In this document: positions 13,765 to 28,585 of the stretch, one piece after another | Layout: each line of letters opens with the position of its first letter | How positions within the stretch are numbered: the stretch's first letter is position 1 | DNA from: Paramecium tetraurelia | Taxonomy: Eukaryota | NCBI GenBank assembly: GCA_000165425.1 | Contig: CT867986.1 | Location: forward strand, 186,001-250,000 | DNA: 64,000 nt | Reading direction: 5' to 3' | The notes under the pieces: model-generated | The model's input: only the letters and a program-made list of their open reading frames with translations | What the model was told of the DNA's origin: nothing | Database searches by the model: none | Position numbers and translations under genes: made by a program

Positions 13765-14618
13765 ATGTCATATAACTCTGGGTTTCAAAATAGATAATAA
13801 CTACAGTAATACGAACAACTATTATAATTGCTTCTTGTCACCTTAAACAAGAGATTGGTCAAATTTTATTCAAATGAAGATTGTGATGAATTCGCATTTC
13901 GTAATATTTTTCAGAGAATCATGTCTGGCATGAAATCATTAGAGAAATAGTATATATTAATGACTTAATCAAATAGAAAATTTATGCCACCTCGATTTAG
14001 TGAGACAGTTAGAAATTTATTTGACCTTTTGAAATTAGAAGAACAGCATGAAGTATCAAAACATCTATTTAGAGTGAAAGGTTATACATGAATCCATAAT
14101 TTGATTTAATCTCACGATAAACAAATATTATTATGAACCATGATAAGAAGCCTACCTAAAATCTACAATACTAATTATCAGAAGATCAATAAGAGATGCC
14201 ACCACATCCATTAATGCAAATAGACTAGAGATAAGATTCGAATAAGTTAGATGTAGTTTTTGAGAAAGTGGATAAATATGAGAAATTCGGTAAACTAGAT
14301 TAAATTGATAAAAATAAAAAATATGAAAGTGGTATAACAGAAACGACTACTCCTAGAAAAGCTAGGGAATCATTACAGCAATAGCAGATGTTTTAATAAC
14401 AATAATTCAATTTGATACCAAGGGATTTCATTAATTAACTAGAAGAATGTGTCACTAGAAATGTGTTAGATAAATTGAATATACCAAAAAAATCTAAGAA
14501 AAAGAAATAAAGATCATCTTCTAATTAATTTTAATTCAGGTAAGTTCTTTTGTCAGCAAATGATAAATAGAATTCATCTTTTTAATCAACTAAGAGAAAA
14601 TTTAATAACTTAATATGA
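13765..14618 (+). CDS. Hypothetical protein
   Basis: MSYNSGFQNR... open frame with one 20-nt intron, ending KRKFNNLI-TGA. Confidence 0.65.
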
Positions 14619-14670
14619 ATTCAATATTTTATATTTTTGTCTTCAATTATGTGAATGATATAACTCATTT

Positions 14671-15576
14671 TCAAATTGGCAATAGCCAATAATACCATTC
14701 AGGTCCCAATATTTCCATTAAGTTGTCCCAAATATTGATGTAAAATGGATTTGTCTTCTATTTCTTCTCATAATACTCAATAGTCGTTTGATTATTGGCA
14801 GCCAATCTAAGCATAATGGTCAAAATCTACCTTACATGATGTAAGAAAAAGGGGAAGAATAACATGAACAGCGTAAAAATACTGTGATAATATGTGAACT
14901 TAGCTATTAATTGAAAATCGCTCTCTTCAATTGCTAATATGTATGTCTGGAAGTATGTGATCAAAACTAGTATTATACATAGATCTTAATGAATGATATG
15001 ATTTTTACTTAGATAGAATATCAACATCATAAAGTATTTATAGTTCTACATACCTATGCAAATGTTTAGCCACATACAGTGATGATCCATCCTAAATACA
15101 CATTATTTGCATTGGCTACAGTGATGCGCTCTTAATGGTTTGTATGATTAGCAAGTCTTACATATTTTTATCCCCTTGCTTTCTAAGACCTTAATGTTTA
15201 GCATATGTATCAACTATTCCTCTGATAATGGTTGATTGCATTAATTCTAATCTAAAAAGTCAAGCAGTCTATCTTCACTCATCATCAACAACTTGAGCTC
15301 CTCTTGTAACTCATTAAATAACTATGTTTCTAACTTATCCTTTATGCTCTCGACTTCAATTAATACTTACTTGATCAACGTATCCAGGACCAAAACGAAT
15401 TACTTAGATTGCACTCATAACCATTAAAAGGACAACACATCCAACTATTAACTATATGTACACTCCTTGCATTGACAAGTATGTCTATAAGATAATATGC
15501 ATACAATATAATAGAATGAGCACATCCCAACAAAAAACATTGAGAATAACACAGGTGGCAAATATTTTAAAAACAT
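14671..15576 (-). CDS. DHHC palmitoyltransferase
   Basis: [30 protein letters not shown]; TM segments; TTIEY motif; ends WLLPI. Confidence 0.95.
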
Positions 15577-15716
15577 TAATTATTATTTCGAGTAAATTTT
15601 CAACATAATATATTTTCACATTCAACCAACTCACAACCATCTAATCCATACAAAAATATATTGGATTTTGCCAAAAGTTATAATAAATAATGAAAAAAAC
15701 ATTTTATTTGATATAA

Positions 15717-17334
15717 TCACAACAAAAGCCCCTTTAAAGTAAATAAATTTTGCTTATGCGCTCCCACTTGAAATTCGAATTACCAAAATTTAAAAACTAT
15801 AATCTTATTCTCTTGAGATTCCTTGTAATAATGGAACAATATATAACACAAAGCAGTCTACTAATATTATCTAACTAAAACCTTCAAAATTATGTTAAAA
15901 ACACAAAAAACTAGTGTCATTCTAACAATAGGATCACCTGCCTCACCCCATGTTGGCAGAGTTTTATCAGTGCCACTCCACCAATTCTAATATTTAATCA
16001 AGAAATACTTTGTAGATGCTAATCCACACGATATCATATATTACACTTAAAATAGTTAAAGCACCTACAATTTTAATATAGGTAGACTCCAAACAGTCTC
16101 TACATACGATTATCATATACAGCATTGCTAGGATTATCTAACTATATTTATATTTTTACATCTAAATAATCTGGACGAGCAAAACACTAAAATAAGGCCA
16201 AAAGGAGCATTACCATATATAAGATAAACCCATAATATAATTCATCCGATAATTCATCTTAAACAGTAGGATCAGGTTGATGAATTTGAATATTTTATTA
16301 TTGTTGAGGTTACATCTGAAATGTTTTCTATTAAGGAATAAAATTCTATTGTTATTGATATAGAAAAGCTTGATTTTGTTGGGGCAAAGAACTGTTTTAA
16401 GGTTACTTTAATGATTATTATAAATTATTTCTAAGATTGTTCTCCAAAAATGGCTATTGAATTGTCAATAAATCTCTTTAGTAATCATCAATGTCAATTT
16501 AACTCTATTAAATAGTTTGTTCGTATTTAAGAATCATCTCTTAGTGATATTTTAACTAATTATAACAATCTTCATACTTTGTTGTGAATCCATTGAGATT
16601 CAATTTATAAATATGTTTGTAATTGTTATTATCTCTCATTAACCAATTATAATTGCTAAGAATGAACTTATTGATCATGCATTTCACCCAAATCTAAATG
16701 ACTTTACCCAATTAATATTCTTTTCTGATTTCTATCTTATACAAATAGTTTTATTAAAATCTCTTCAGAACCAGTTTAAATTTGACTTATTATTAAATTA
16801 ATCATACAAATTTAATTGTTAGTTAAAAGTCGGATTATATTTATCACCTGTCGACATTTAGGTCTAGACTTCAGCACCATCTAAAGCTATCATAACAAAA
16901 CTATATTGATAATCAGAATATTGAATATTATGAGCCTGTTTAATCACTATTATCAATTGAGAGTCTCTATCTACTCCCTAAGGGTTGAGTTTTTAATTAT
17001 CTTTTTATAAATATCTAATACATTGTAACTCTTATGCTAATTGTTGGCATTCTTTCAACTCTTCTCTGTATTATTGCATTTGCTATTCTGTCTGATTTAT
17101 TTTTTTCTTTAGCACTTTGTCTGCTTCTATAATAACTTATGCAAAATCTTCTAATTAGACCTGGCCTCTTTGATTTGGTTAGCATTGTTCAAATAATTGT
17201 TAAGCAACATCTCGATCATATAATTATCCAGTCTATCCTATAAATCTTAATACTTACAAGCTTGTCAAGTGCAGAAAACAATTATTCTTTTTAATAAGCT
17301 TATCCTTATGATAATCCTGTTCTTTAGAAGCCAT
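15717..17334 (-). CDS. EF-hand-like/coiled-coil + C2 domain + C-terminal multi-TM protein (one apparent +1 frameshift)
   Basis: C2-like SQLIIVIKQAHNI...NPTFNQQLNF...QWIHNK; Q-rich linker; TM block ARPDYLD...YDIVWI; several tiny introns; extra T in the run at 16446-16450. Confidence 0.8.
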
Positions 17335-17889
17335 TCAATATCAAATTAATTGTTGGGATATATTGCAACGACATATTATATTTAAATTTTTATATATAAA
17401 TAATTATATTTTTGTGCTTTTATTTATTACATCGCAACAATGTGATAATGTATGAGATAGATAAAAAGATTCATTTTTTGAAAGAAGTTAGATTAACTTT
17501 ATTTCAATAACCTTTTCATGTCTATATCTTAATTATGTAATGAGCTATTTAAGTTCTTGGAATAAGTCAATATTCTTTCTACAACAATGTTTGGTTCTAA
17601 GGGTTTATATGTATACAATTTATTGAAAAATTTGGAATCAATTAATTAAGCCAAATCAATTCATGACTTTTTGATGCTTTTCATAAATCAGTAAAATTAT
17701 ATCCAAATAATTTGAATTTACATATTCAATTTTGAGATACTTATTAATTTTGATATGTATTACTAATATAATAATACAGAAATATTTGAAATTTTATTCA
17801 AGGATTATAGGTTAAAGAAGAAAGGAATCAAAATATAATAAAATTACGTTCTCAGACTTTATTATTATGATTTATATTTAATATATATA

Positions 17890-18566
17890 TCAGATTAATG
17901 CTACAGCTCTATTTAATAATTGATCATTGACATCATGAACCACCTCATTAATTCGCAATATTGTGATCCTTTATCTATGTCCTTAAGATTTTTAATATCT
18001 CTTTCTTCTCTTTTTTTTATAAATGAGTTCTTTTTCACTTAATGTTTATTATTCTACTGTTGCTAATATTTTTGCATTTTCCACAAATGGTCTTCCCAAG
18101 ACTGTGTAATCTTTAGCTCCAACCATCAATACTTAATCTAATTCAATTGTTGTGTTGATGTCTAATCCCTCCATGTATTCTGTGATGATTTAATCATCCT
18201 TGACCACTTTATATTAGCTACCACCAATCTTGCAGACTGCAAATTTAAGAGATGTTGGCAATTCAATTCCTTTCAATTAATCATGCACAATGAATTTGCA
18301 TTCCTAAGCCACAGGAGGTGTCTATTAGTCAAATTAAAATAGCAAAATACCCTTTGTCTTTCCAATTCTTAATGTCGAGCTCTACGTTTTGCTTTCTTCT
18401 CTAAATCATTCCTCCATTTTTGAGTATACATGATGTATCTCTTATCAGTGAATTTGTTATTGTAATATTCAAATATTTCAGCCTTGTCTCTCTCTTTAAA
18501 GTACTCGCTAAAAGAGAAGAGTCCAGGTTGAATAGTCAAGGACCTTCTAAATAATTATTTGATCAT
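17890..18566 (-). CDS. MRPL21: Mitochondrial ribosomal protein bL21m
   Basis: FAVCKIGGSQYKVVKDD...LGRPFV...YKKKRRKRYQKSQGHRQRITILRINEV; N-terminal extension resembling a transit peptide. Confidence 0.92.
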
Positions 18567-18707
18567 TAATTAAAATAATTAAGCAAGTTAGTAAATAGAG
18601 GGTTTGATATTTTATTTTTGTGTTTCGAATAATGAAATTGAGAATAAAAAATCAAGTTTTCCTACTCTTTATATTAAATTAAAGTTGCATAATCATGATT
18701 GAATAAT

Positions 18708-19760
18708 ATGTCTGGAAAAAGTATTGCGCAAAAATAATTAAAATCTTTTTTTAATTAGTTAATAATTGAGAAAGAATGTCTGGTATTTAATCAAAGTATA
18801 TAGGAAGAGGAATCGCAATATTCTGAACATCCTGGAGGTTGGATTGAATGGTTTTGCGCTCATGAAGATCATTAATTTTTATGTGAAGTAGATGATGATT
18901 TTATTCGTGATCCATTTAATTAAATTGGAATAAAGGGAAAGTTTGCTTTCTATAGGTAAAAATCACAAAGATATCTTAGTGAAGCCATCAATATGATTTT
19001 GCAATCTACCTCACCCGAAGATTAAGACTTAGAAGATGAAAGGTTTTCTTATTTTACATCACAAAAGATTTTTAGAGGTTTATTAAGAAGCATCCGACAT
19101 TTATGGTCTGCTTCATGCCAGATTCATATTTACTTCGAAAGGATCGGCAATAATGCGGGAAAGATCTTTTGTAGGGAAAATTTGGTCATTGTCCTCGGAT
19201 ATATTGTGAGAAGCAGAATGTCATTCCAATTGGTTTGTGTGAAGATTTAAAAACAGCAAGAGTCAAGGTTTAAAATTAAATTAAAGCATATAGGTGTTTT
19301 GTCCACGTTGTGAAGAAGTTTACATGCCAAAAAAAAAGTGTGCTGATATTGATGGTGCATATTTTGGAAAGTCATTCCCATAATTTTTGTTGATGGTTAA
19401 TATATCTATTAAAATACTTAGACATATCCTGATTTACATCCTAAATATCAATTATTACCAGACACTTAAATAAAGTCTAATTTTGAACCTACTCTATTTG
19501 GATTCAAAATTGCTGGTAAATAAGGAAGTAAAATTAAAAGGTTTGAATAATAATTGTAATTCAACCAAATTATTACTCAACCTATTGTTTAATCAACTGA
19601 GCAAAATATTCTTTTATAGGAACATAAATAAATTAGAATATAATAATCATAATAATAAACATAGTAAGAGTAATAATAATAGTAATAATAATAATCATCA
19701 TAAGAATAGAATTCAGAACATAATCATAAAAAAAAAAATAAGAAAAAGCATAAAAATTGA
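18708..19760 (+). CDS. CKB: Casein kinase II regulatory subunit beta (one apparent +1 frameshift)
   Basis: WIEWFC..FLCEVDDDFIRDPFN, IYGLLHARFI, FGHCPRIYC..VFCPRC..DIDGAYFG..PTLFGFKI; extra base near 19166; start could be 18708 or ~18777. Confidence 0.93.
19640..19705 (+). repeat. (TAA/TAG)n tract encoding poly-Gln in the CK2 beta tail
   Basis: taataatcataataataaacatagtaagagtaataataatagtaataataataa in frame = QQSQQQTQQEQQQQQQQQ. Confidence 0.8.
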
Positions 19761-19835
19761 TATTCAATAGATTTGGTATTATATATGTAAATGTTAATAT
19801 ATTTATCCATGTATAAAAATTATACAAAATGCTAA

Positions 19836-20571
19836 TCAAACAAATTTACGTTGCACTCCAATAATTCTTTTTATATAAAATACCTGCCATATACTAACAA
19901 ACACTATAATTAAAGTTTCAACAATAGTGTAAATGAAATACTTGTTATTGTTATCCCTCAGAAATTGATATCCTCCCTCCCTTTTTTATTATGAGAATTT
20001 AGTGTCAAACATTAGATCATTTAGTCCAGTATATAAACTAGAGAGCTTTTTCTAAACTGGATCTAGGTCTGCTTCTTTTATATGCTCATATGTAGCATTT
20101 CGAACATCAATTGCAAAAGTAACTACATGATTGCTTTTCCCCTCTGAATTAAATGAGTATTTACATTTGCATTGCTGAACACAAATTTGTAGTTTCCAGG
20201 ATTGGTGATATTTACAGAAAAAACGGCTTCTTTCTTCTATTACTTATTGTCAATAATCTTTCCTCTTGGATCTTTGATCTAATTGAGTTTAATGGCTATC
20301 ATACACTGAAATCAATTTTGTCCTTGTTCATAATTGATAAAAAGAATGCTCCTCTGATATTAGTTGGGTGTTTAATGTATTATTCCAAGATTTCCACTTC
20401 TCCCTTTTATAACTCAAATGATAACATGTCATCTGGAATGAAGTCAGCCATCTACCCTTCCCAATCATCCATTAATTATTTCTTCTCCTCATGATCTGTA
20501 TTGTTGCCATTAGTCTCATTAGAGGCCAATTTACAATACGCAGATATTATGAATATTAAGAATAATTTCAT
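19836..20571 (-). CDS. emp24/gp25L/p24 (GOLD/TMED) cargo receptor
   Basis: Signal peptide; GOLD domain (YKFVFSNA..HVVTFAIDV); coiled coil; C-terminal TM and short tail ending KFV. Confidence 0.9.
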
Positions 20572-20611
20572 TTATTATAATAATTATTTTTTAGTCATAA
20601 TATAAATTATT

Positions 20612-23600
20612 ATGCAGATTAAAAGGAATAGGCCAAAAATAGGTGTTCCTAAGTCAACCATTCTGAATACTCCATAATCTACAAATCAGACGTTGCGTAA
20701 TTCATTCATGACATAATATCTTTCTTAGCAAGCAATAAATTGATTGGATAAAAGACAATACATGAACCATTCATAGATTAGAGCCAGAGTATAAATTTAC
20801 ATAAATAACAAAAAGAAATGAGGCAAACTTTCAAATTATCTCCTGTTTAATAATTGTTAATTATGTATTTACAACTTTTAGATCCCCTTTCAATTTGGAT
20901 TCCACTTTCCGATAAAAATCACACATTTAAAAGACTGAAGGTAGTGCATCTGAACCACTTCTTAAAATCAATATGAAAAATCTTGAAATCCCTAAAGATA
21001 GACTCCTCTTTGCAACAGAAACCAAACATATTTCTAAATCTCTCGTCGACCTAGATGATGTTAAATATTGTTTATATTTTTTAGCAATACGATTACATTA
21101 AAACCTTTAGAGCAATACCTCTGTAAACGATAAAGGAAATCTATGATACTGACCGCAAAGAGATAGAAAGGTTATCTTCAGCAGAGAGACATATCCCCAT
21201 TGATTCAAGGTTAGCTCCAATCAGACCATAGTTATAATACCCAAATATTCCAGAATTTCGTAAATATTTTAAAGAAAATGAAAGATATTAAGAATTGCAG
21301 CAATTTTATTAAATTGATCCAAATATTTATTAAAAAATGACTGAAAAAGTATAGTATATATTCTAAAACTAGATTAAATAAGAGAAATTAATGCCAAGAG
21401 AAATGAAACTATTTACTAACAATAATAATGACAAACTGATAGCAAATAATTTGTTAGGATCAGACATGTATGTAGATTTGTTCTCTGAAGGATTATCATC
21501 ATCTCATTTTAGTAATTTAAAATCCCTTTAAACTGAAAAACAATAAGTTAAACAATAATAGAATAACTATGATTGCAAAGAATTTACCAAGTAGCATTAT
21601 CGATTTAGATTTCAGTAATAATGCTATTGGTAACGGTGGAATTGCTAGCATTTGTGATTTCTTAAACTCTAAAAATTGCTATCTACAAATATTGAATTTA
21701 GAAGATAATAAATTGCGAGATGGACCTATAATGACTATTCTTAAGACTCTTTAATAGAGTAAAACAATTAAAGTCATTAAATTCTCAAAAAATTACATTA
21801 CTGATATTAGTATGGATTAATTTGGAAATCTATTGAAAACAGTAACTAAATTTATAAAAATAGAGTAATTCATTGTAAGAAGTATACTTGCATTATAATT
21901 AAATACGAAATCAAGGAGGAACTGTATTCTTTAGGGCTTTTCTGAAGAATTAATATATGAAAGTGCTTGATTTCTCTTTTAATAAGTTAGGATAGCACAA
22001 GGAATGTGTTTAGATGATATCTGAGTAAATATTTTTATCCATAAAGTGTTTTAGGTAAACCACATTCAGAATTATCTCATCTTGACTTATCGTATAATAA
22101 TTTCAATAATGAAGATTCAAAAATATTCCATTAAGCTATAATGTTTAATTAAATAATATACGGATTTCATTTTGAAGGCAATGGAGATTATTGCACTAAT
22201 ACAAGGGGTTTTTTAGTAAATCAGAAGGAGATAGATTAGGAATATGATGCTTTGGTTTCAAAATAATCAATCAGACTGTCCACACAACAATTTGTAGATT
22301 AAAGTTTGAGTAGAATAGATTTGAAGAATAAAATGAATAAGTTGGATTAACATTTTCAATTAGCAGATCCATCCTTATTCAAAAGAATCTAAAGCACAGA
22401 TTATAATAATAATAAATCTAAAGATAATTGCTGGTTGTGTGAGGGTTGGACAGAAATCAGATTTTAATATGTGGTTGGTAAATCAGGGAATATAAGTGAT
22501 TATCCAATCTATTTACATTTAGACTTTGAAAATTATAGACCTATGATTATGGAATAGGATTAATAAATCTTTTTTTTATTAAGAATGTGTCCACCAAATA
22601 GAAAAATTAGATACTTTTTTAGTAATCCTTTTTTGGATATTTAATTTACGGCTAAAGATCAACGCATAACAGCATTAGACGATTTTGAGCCAATCAAAGT
22701 TCAAGGAATTCCTATGATCTATGCTGATACTTCTGTTGTATATAGTTAAAAAATTTCAATTGTAAATTATTTGTCAGCAACAATCAATAAGAAAGTTCTT
22801 GACTCCTAAAAACATTATATTCCAACTGTGCTATCTAGACCTAGAGAATAAGAGAAAATAGTTTATATAGATCCTAATAAAGAAAAAGAGAAATCATGGT
22901 CAATTGAGAATTCAATCTTTCGAGATTTCTAAGCAGATACAGAAGGTCATCTTTTAGATTGCTTCGATTTTGATTTCGAATGTGGAAGACTCTAAAAACA
23001 TATTCCTGATCCTGAAGATCTGGAAGTATTAAAAACAAAGGTGAAAGTATTCTACAAAAATATTTTGGCTTGTTATAAGTATTATTGTGCTGAAACTTTG
23101 AATTATGAAACACCTTGTTTAAACCAATAAAGCTTTATTGATTTCATATCCCAAACAAACATACTTTCGAAGTCAATATTAAACAATATTGATTTATAAT
23201 TAACTTATCTATCGAGTTATGTGGTATAGAAATCAGCAGAATTTATTCATGTTTTAGATAAATGTTTAGTTAGATATCAATTTCTTGAAATCATTATTCG
23301 TTTGGCAAAAGAACAATACTTGAGAGCAAATCTATGTAACAATATAACTGATGCTTTGGATATGTTGTTTAAGTAGGACAAAGTGTTAGATCTAATCCAG
23401 GAATTCGGAGTTCCCTAAGATTGGCGAGATACCAGATATTGGACTTAGTTGATGGATTCAACTATTAAAATGAAGATATAATTCATATAGTTAATGTATG
23501 ATTATGTATCAAAGATAACATTCAAACATAATAAATATGTTACTTTGACAGATTTCAAGTTGTTTATTGAATAACTGGATTTAGGAAGGTATGTTTCTGA

Positions 23601-24359
23601 GAAAGAACGTTACTTAATATATCTGCAAAGCATGCAAACGTAAAGAGATGAATTGAGAGAGTCAAACCATATTCAAATGCAATTTATAGAATTTGTAGAG
23701 GCTATAGCAAGATTAGCAGAGAAGATATCCCCAATCTCACCTATGTATGCTGTTCGTAATCCAACTGTTAATAAAATAACGAGGAAATCGTTGCCATTAT
23801 TTGTTAAATTTGAGGGACTTCTCTACATTATATTTTAAAAAATAAAATAGGGAATTACAACTAAAACAAACGATTAATAAATTTAGGATCTAGAAAAAAA
23901 TGTTATATCTAAAACTATATTAAAGACTGTTCAAGCAAAGAAACTGGGAGTATTCGGTAAGTCTAAATAAATTATTATATTTTAGAGGAGGATAGAAGTT
24001 CAGACGAAGAAAGGGAGAAGGAGTCGAAAAATGTACCATTATTACCAGATGAGAAAGATTAACAAGAGGTGAAGGAGAAGAAGGTCGCTGGAAGTGGTTG
24101 GAGCAAATTAAGGAATTGGGCAAATAAAAAAAAGTTGCAGAGACAGGGGAATCCAGAATAGATTAATATGTTAAAACAATTATAAACTTATTAAGATGAA
24201 GAAGAAAGATATGTGTAAGTGGAATATGAATAAGCATCAATTTATGAGAAAATGGAAATCAAACAAAGATAAAAAATGAAACAAGAGTTTCAAAGAACTA
24301 AATTAAATTAAGATCCTACATTCAAATTTGAAGAGGACGATGAAATTAAACGATTCTGA
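20612..24359 (+). CDS. Large leucine-rich-repeat (RI/NLRC3-like) protein (one apparent +1 frameshift)
   Basis: Repeated LxxLxLxxNxI units (LDFSNNAIG, LNLEDNKLRD, LDLSYNNF); later CWLCEGW and MQFIEFVEAIARLA motifs; several tiny introns; extra T at ~21528. Confidence 0.88.
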
Positions 24360-24400
24360 ATTACAGAAACACACAAAAACTATATTTATTGTTATAACAA

Positions 24401-25033
24401 TCATTCCCATCCATTAATAAATGAAAAATCAGATGATTAATGTTCATCTACAATTATTTGTAATTATTCATTAACATTTGGATTTAACCTTTTTTTTAAG
24501 TTAGATTTTGTTTTAGTATGAAACGAGATTCTGCTTGCAATTCTAATATCATCATATTCTACTTGTTAACGATTTTATAATTATTATAATTAAAGTTTGA
24601 TAAGTCTATTTTTTTTGTTTAAGTATGGAATTTTCATTGTATCTGGGATTTAAACACGATTAAACAATCTCGATTCCCTTTTATTATCCCTCTTATTTTG
24701 ACTTGATAGATTCCTATTGTTTTCAAAAGGATAAACAAAGTATGATGTATTTACTCTCCTTCGGTTATACTATTTTCTTGTTTATTCATTGTATTGATCT
24801 TTTGAGATCTCTAAATTATACAACCCTTTTTTCGCCATATCCTAGGTGTGGTTTCCGAAATCAAGGTTATAATTAGTGAATAATAGATGCTCATCTATTT
24901 CTTTAATTTGAGAATACTTGAATTAGAATGAATTCAAAGTCTGATGGAATTGATGGCCATTATAAAAAGTCTTGTTATTATTGTAATTATCAGTTTTGTG
25001 ATGTGAAGATACTTTTTGAGTATGAATTTTCAT
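24401..25033 (-). CDS. Hypothetical protein ending ...INGWE
   Basis: Uninterrupted code-6 ORF MKIHTQKVSSHHK...FINGWE-TGA. Confidence 0.65.
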
Positions 25034-25055
25034 TTTCAGAAATTATATTAATCAA

Positions 25056-25675
25056 ATGCATAACTATAATCTAAGAAACTCCTCTCAGAAATAATTGAAG
25101 ACACTGTCAAACTAATTTTAATCTGCCCCTGTTTTAAAATCTATTGAATAACTGAAAACAGAAGGAATCTAATATTATTATCATTAAGGATATGAAAGGA
25201 AGGCTCTGCATTAAATGTTTAATCTTAATACAAAAAAAAGACATATCTAAAGATATATCAATCAATAGCTTACTAATGCAGATTTAAATGGAATTTCTCT
25301 TAAAACAAGTCAAATTGATAGATTTAATTTGTATTAAAAAGGCTTAACGGAGTATTATATAATTCATGATAATTTAGTGAATTACAGGCAAATTCTAAAA
25401 GCTATAGTAATTTGAATCGCTTGAAAAAAACAGAATTTTAGGCTAACTCTACAGAATAACTCTTTGAATACAAAAATTCACAATACAGAGATCTACGAAT
25501 TACTATAGGTAAGGGAATCCAATCTATATAACCTGAAAATAATTAAATCAATTAGAATAGGATTCAGATGTCAAAGAAATTAACAAAACAAAAAAGAGAA
25601 GAACAATTATTATAAGCTATACGAAAAGATAATTTATTTCCAATTGTTTAAAAGTCCAATATTTTTTCCAATTGA
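25056..25675 (+). CDS. Hypothetical protein
   Basis: MHNYNLRNSSQKQLK... open frame ending DNLFPIVQKSNIFSN-TGA; middle not fully traced. Confidence 0.55.
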
Positions 25676-25699
25676 AATTATTTACTAATTAAATTATTT

Positions 25700-28585
25700 A
25701 TGAATTTTAAGTTCAAAACCATCAGACGAACCAGAAATGCTTTGAATGCTCAATAAATCTATTGGGAAATAATTAAATTAAAGAAATATTTCAGAATGAG
25801 AACTATCTTTGGAGAAGAGAAAAAAGCAGAGATTATTATTCATAGAACACAATTGCCAAACAAATATAGAACTCAAGATATGAGCTTATTTATTGAGCAA
25901 CATCAAGAAACATAGAATATGTTCTACTACATAGCAATAGGATTATTTAGCTTTTCAACAATGCATTTCTATGCAAAAATGCTATATGATGATGATACTC
26001 GATATTGGGTCAGCATTCGATATCCAAATCATATGAAATAGTTTGATATTTTCAACGGTGAAATTTAGAATCAATATGATAATGTTTTAGAGAAAGTATA
26101 CATAAGAATAATAAAATTTAGTTACAATTAAAGAATAAAGACTTGAGTGGAGCAGTCGGCTACCATAATCTTAAACAAGGAATTAAAGATTTATTCAAAA
26201 GGGAGGCAAAGATAATTGATTTTGAAACTACAGACAAATCCATAGAAGGATTAGATAGTTTTTTATAAGAATAGGATAAAAAAGTACTTAAATCAATTAA
26301 ATGAATTTTATATTTGATCAACTTAATCATTAAATCGATGATATCATAAATCATTACAATCTATCCAGAATCCCAGCCTTATAACTTATATCTGTGATCA
26401 TTAATTATTTGGTCGGAGATACCAGACAAATCTGTAGCGTTGATAAAAAAGAAGACATTTATAAAACCATTTTAATTATCAAAAATCACCTAAAAAACGA
26501 TCCAACCTTGAAAATGAATTTATACAATGCTGATCAAATAGTTAGCAAAAATGATTTAGCATTGAAGGATATTGATATACATTATAAATGCAAATTTGAA
26601 CTGAATGAAATTAAAGAAAAAATCAAGAATAGAGATTAAAAGCTAGCAGATACAACTTGTTCTTATCTTAGAGATTTATAAGGTCTAAGAGAGTAATTGT
26701 ATAGGTAGGCTAATGTTCAAAATTACGATTATTCAGATCATAGACATTTTGATTCTTTTGAAGTAACTGATCCAAAGTATAGAGAATTGTTGAATAGCAA
26801 ACTTAACAATGTTAAGATTGACTATGAACAGAAAATTAAATATCTTACATAAATAGCAGAATCTTAGAAAAAAGAAATAGGAACCTTAAAAACCCAATTA
26901 TAGGATTATTAATTTAGAGCAGAACACTATGAAAATCCTGAATTTTTAGTAAGGAAACTATTTCACATAGAGAGAGACCCTTATGAAGTGTGGAGACTCA
27001 TCCAAGATAATTAAGGAAATCCTTTTTTTTTTTAAGTTTTTTCAGTTTAGAAGAAGGGTTATGGAATTGATTATATAGAAATCGATTAATTATTGATGGC
27101 CGTCAAGGTTCAGGATAGAATATTTGAAAGATAGAAACAAACATTGGATTAACAACTGGCTTAATTTATGGAAAGAATCTTGGAGGATGTTTACGACCTG
27201 CGGTAGAAAGTATTGGATAAGGAATCAGAATTAGATACACTTTAGAAAAAATACACTAGAAATCTGAATATTTTGAACAAAATTATTCTAAAAGCTTTCA
27301 ATAAAAGTAATTTAATAATTATTATTAAGTTATAAGTTCATATAACTAGTTATTGATGAAAACTTCATTTAAATTATGGAAGGACTAAGAACTTAAATTG
27401 GCTCCTCTACTCAAAGATCTATCTCAATTCTAAATTAAAAATCTTGAGCATGATCTATTCGATTTTTTTATCGAATAAATTCATGAAATGTAAGATAAAG
27501 TAACATTTTTAGAATTGAAACTTAACGGTTAAAAATTTTTAAGTAAAACTTTAGAATCTAAAAACTCAATTATTACAAACACATTAACAATATTAAAATG
27601 TCATTTCAATATCAAAAATTATGATTTGGATTTAGAATAGAAGCTATTAAAGTTAGATAATTTCTAAATTAGATTCTGTTAAGAACTATTAGATTAATTA
27701 ATTCGTTAGAAAATGACTTATTAAAAGTATTTATAATCAATTCAAAAACATGATAAATATGTACAAACAGATTGCACGGAGATTATTAACTAATCTCTTT
27801 AAACTAAAGAAATTATGGTTGATAATGTTTGTTTGATTACATATATAAAGGAGAAGTATCAGGAAAAAAAGGATAAATTATTATATTAGAGTGGACTTCA
27901 TAACTCAAACAGATCGAATTCTATTCAAGAAAATCATAAATCAAATTTTGATTAATTACCTTCATTAAAGTAATATAATCGAAAAATGATTTAAATTGAT
28001 TCAAATAACTTGAAACAATCAAATCATATCAATGATTTATAATAGGATTAATCAAATAATATAACTAGGAAAACTTCTTTAAGAGAATCAGAGATCACAG
28101 ATAAAAGATTTACCAAACATAAAACAGATCTATAGAGTCATTCCCCTAATAATTATTAGACTCAGAGAGTTAATGCAACTAGTCTATCAATCGAGAATGA
28201 TGGTCTATAAATGAGGCCAATAATCTAAAACTAAGGAGATTTTTAATTAGATAATTTGGATAGTAATTTATTATTTCCTAATTAAAAAAATTTACTGCCC
28301 CAACTTCAGGTTTAAAAAGAAATAAAATAGAATATCATCAAATAAATTAAGTAAATATAAAATAGTTAATGTATTCAATGTGAGAGTGAACCAGAAAAGT
28401 TAAAGAAAAGTAAAGAAGGAAAGAACAAATCCAAAAATCATAAGTATAAAAATAACATCATCATATAATATGAAGACTATCCTAAACATGAATAGCAAGA
28501 ATAATTATACCTATTTCTTAATTAATCTAGTTGTCAATCAAAAAAGAATAAAACAAAATTAACATAATTTATCTATAAGGTGTGA
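25700..28585 (+). CDS. Large coiled-coil hypothetical protein
   Basis: MNFKFKTIRRTRNALNAQQIYWEII...; long E/K/Q-rich frame with tiny introns; low-complexity C-terminus. Confidence 0.75.

Noticed and set aside
15831..16587. Long plus-strand code-6 open frame (MEQYITQSSLL...)
   Set aside because: Antisense shadow of the minus-strand C2/TM gene, which has coherent domains and introns; with only one stop codon such shadows are common
19640..19705. TAA-rich tandem repeat as a non-coding microsatellite or stop-codon run
   Set aside because: It is in-frame poly-Gln of CK2 beta under code 6
20698..20745. Apparent early TGA/frameshift in the LRR gene
   Set aside because: Resolved by a canonical 32-nt GTAATT...TTAG intron
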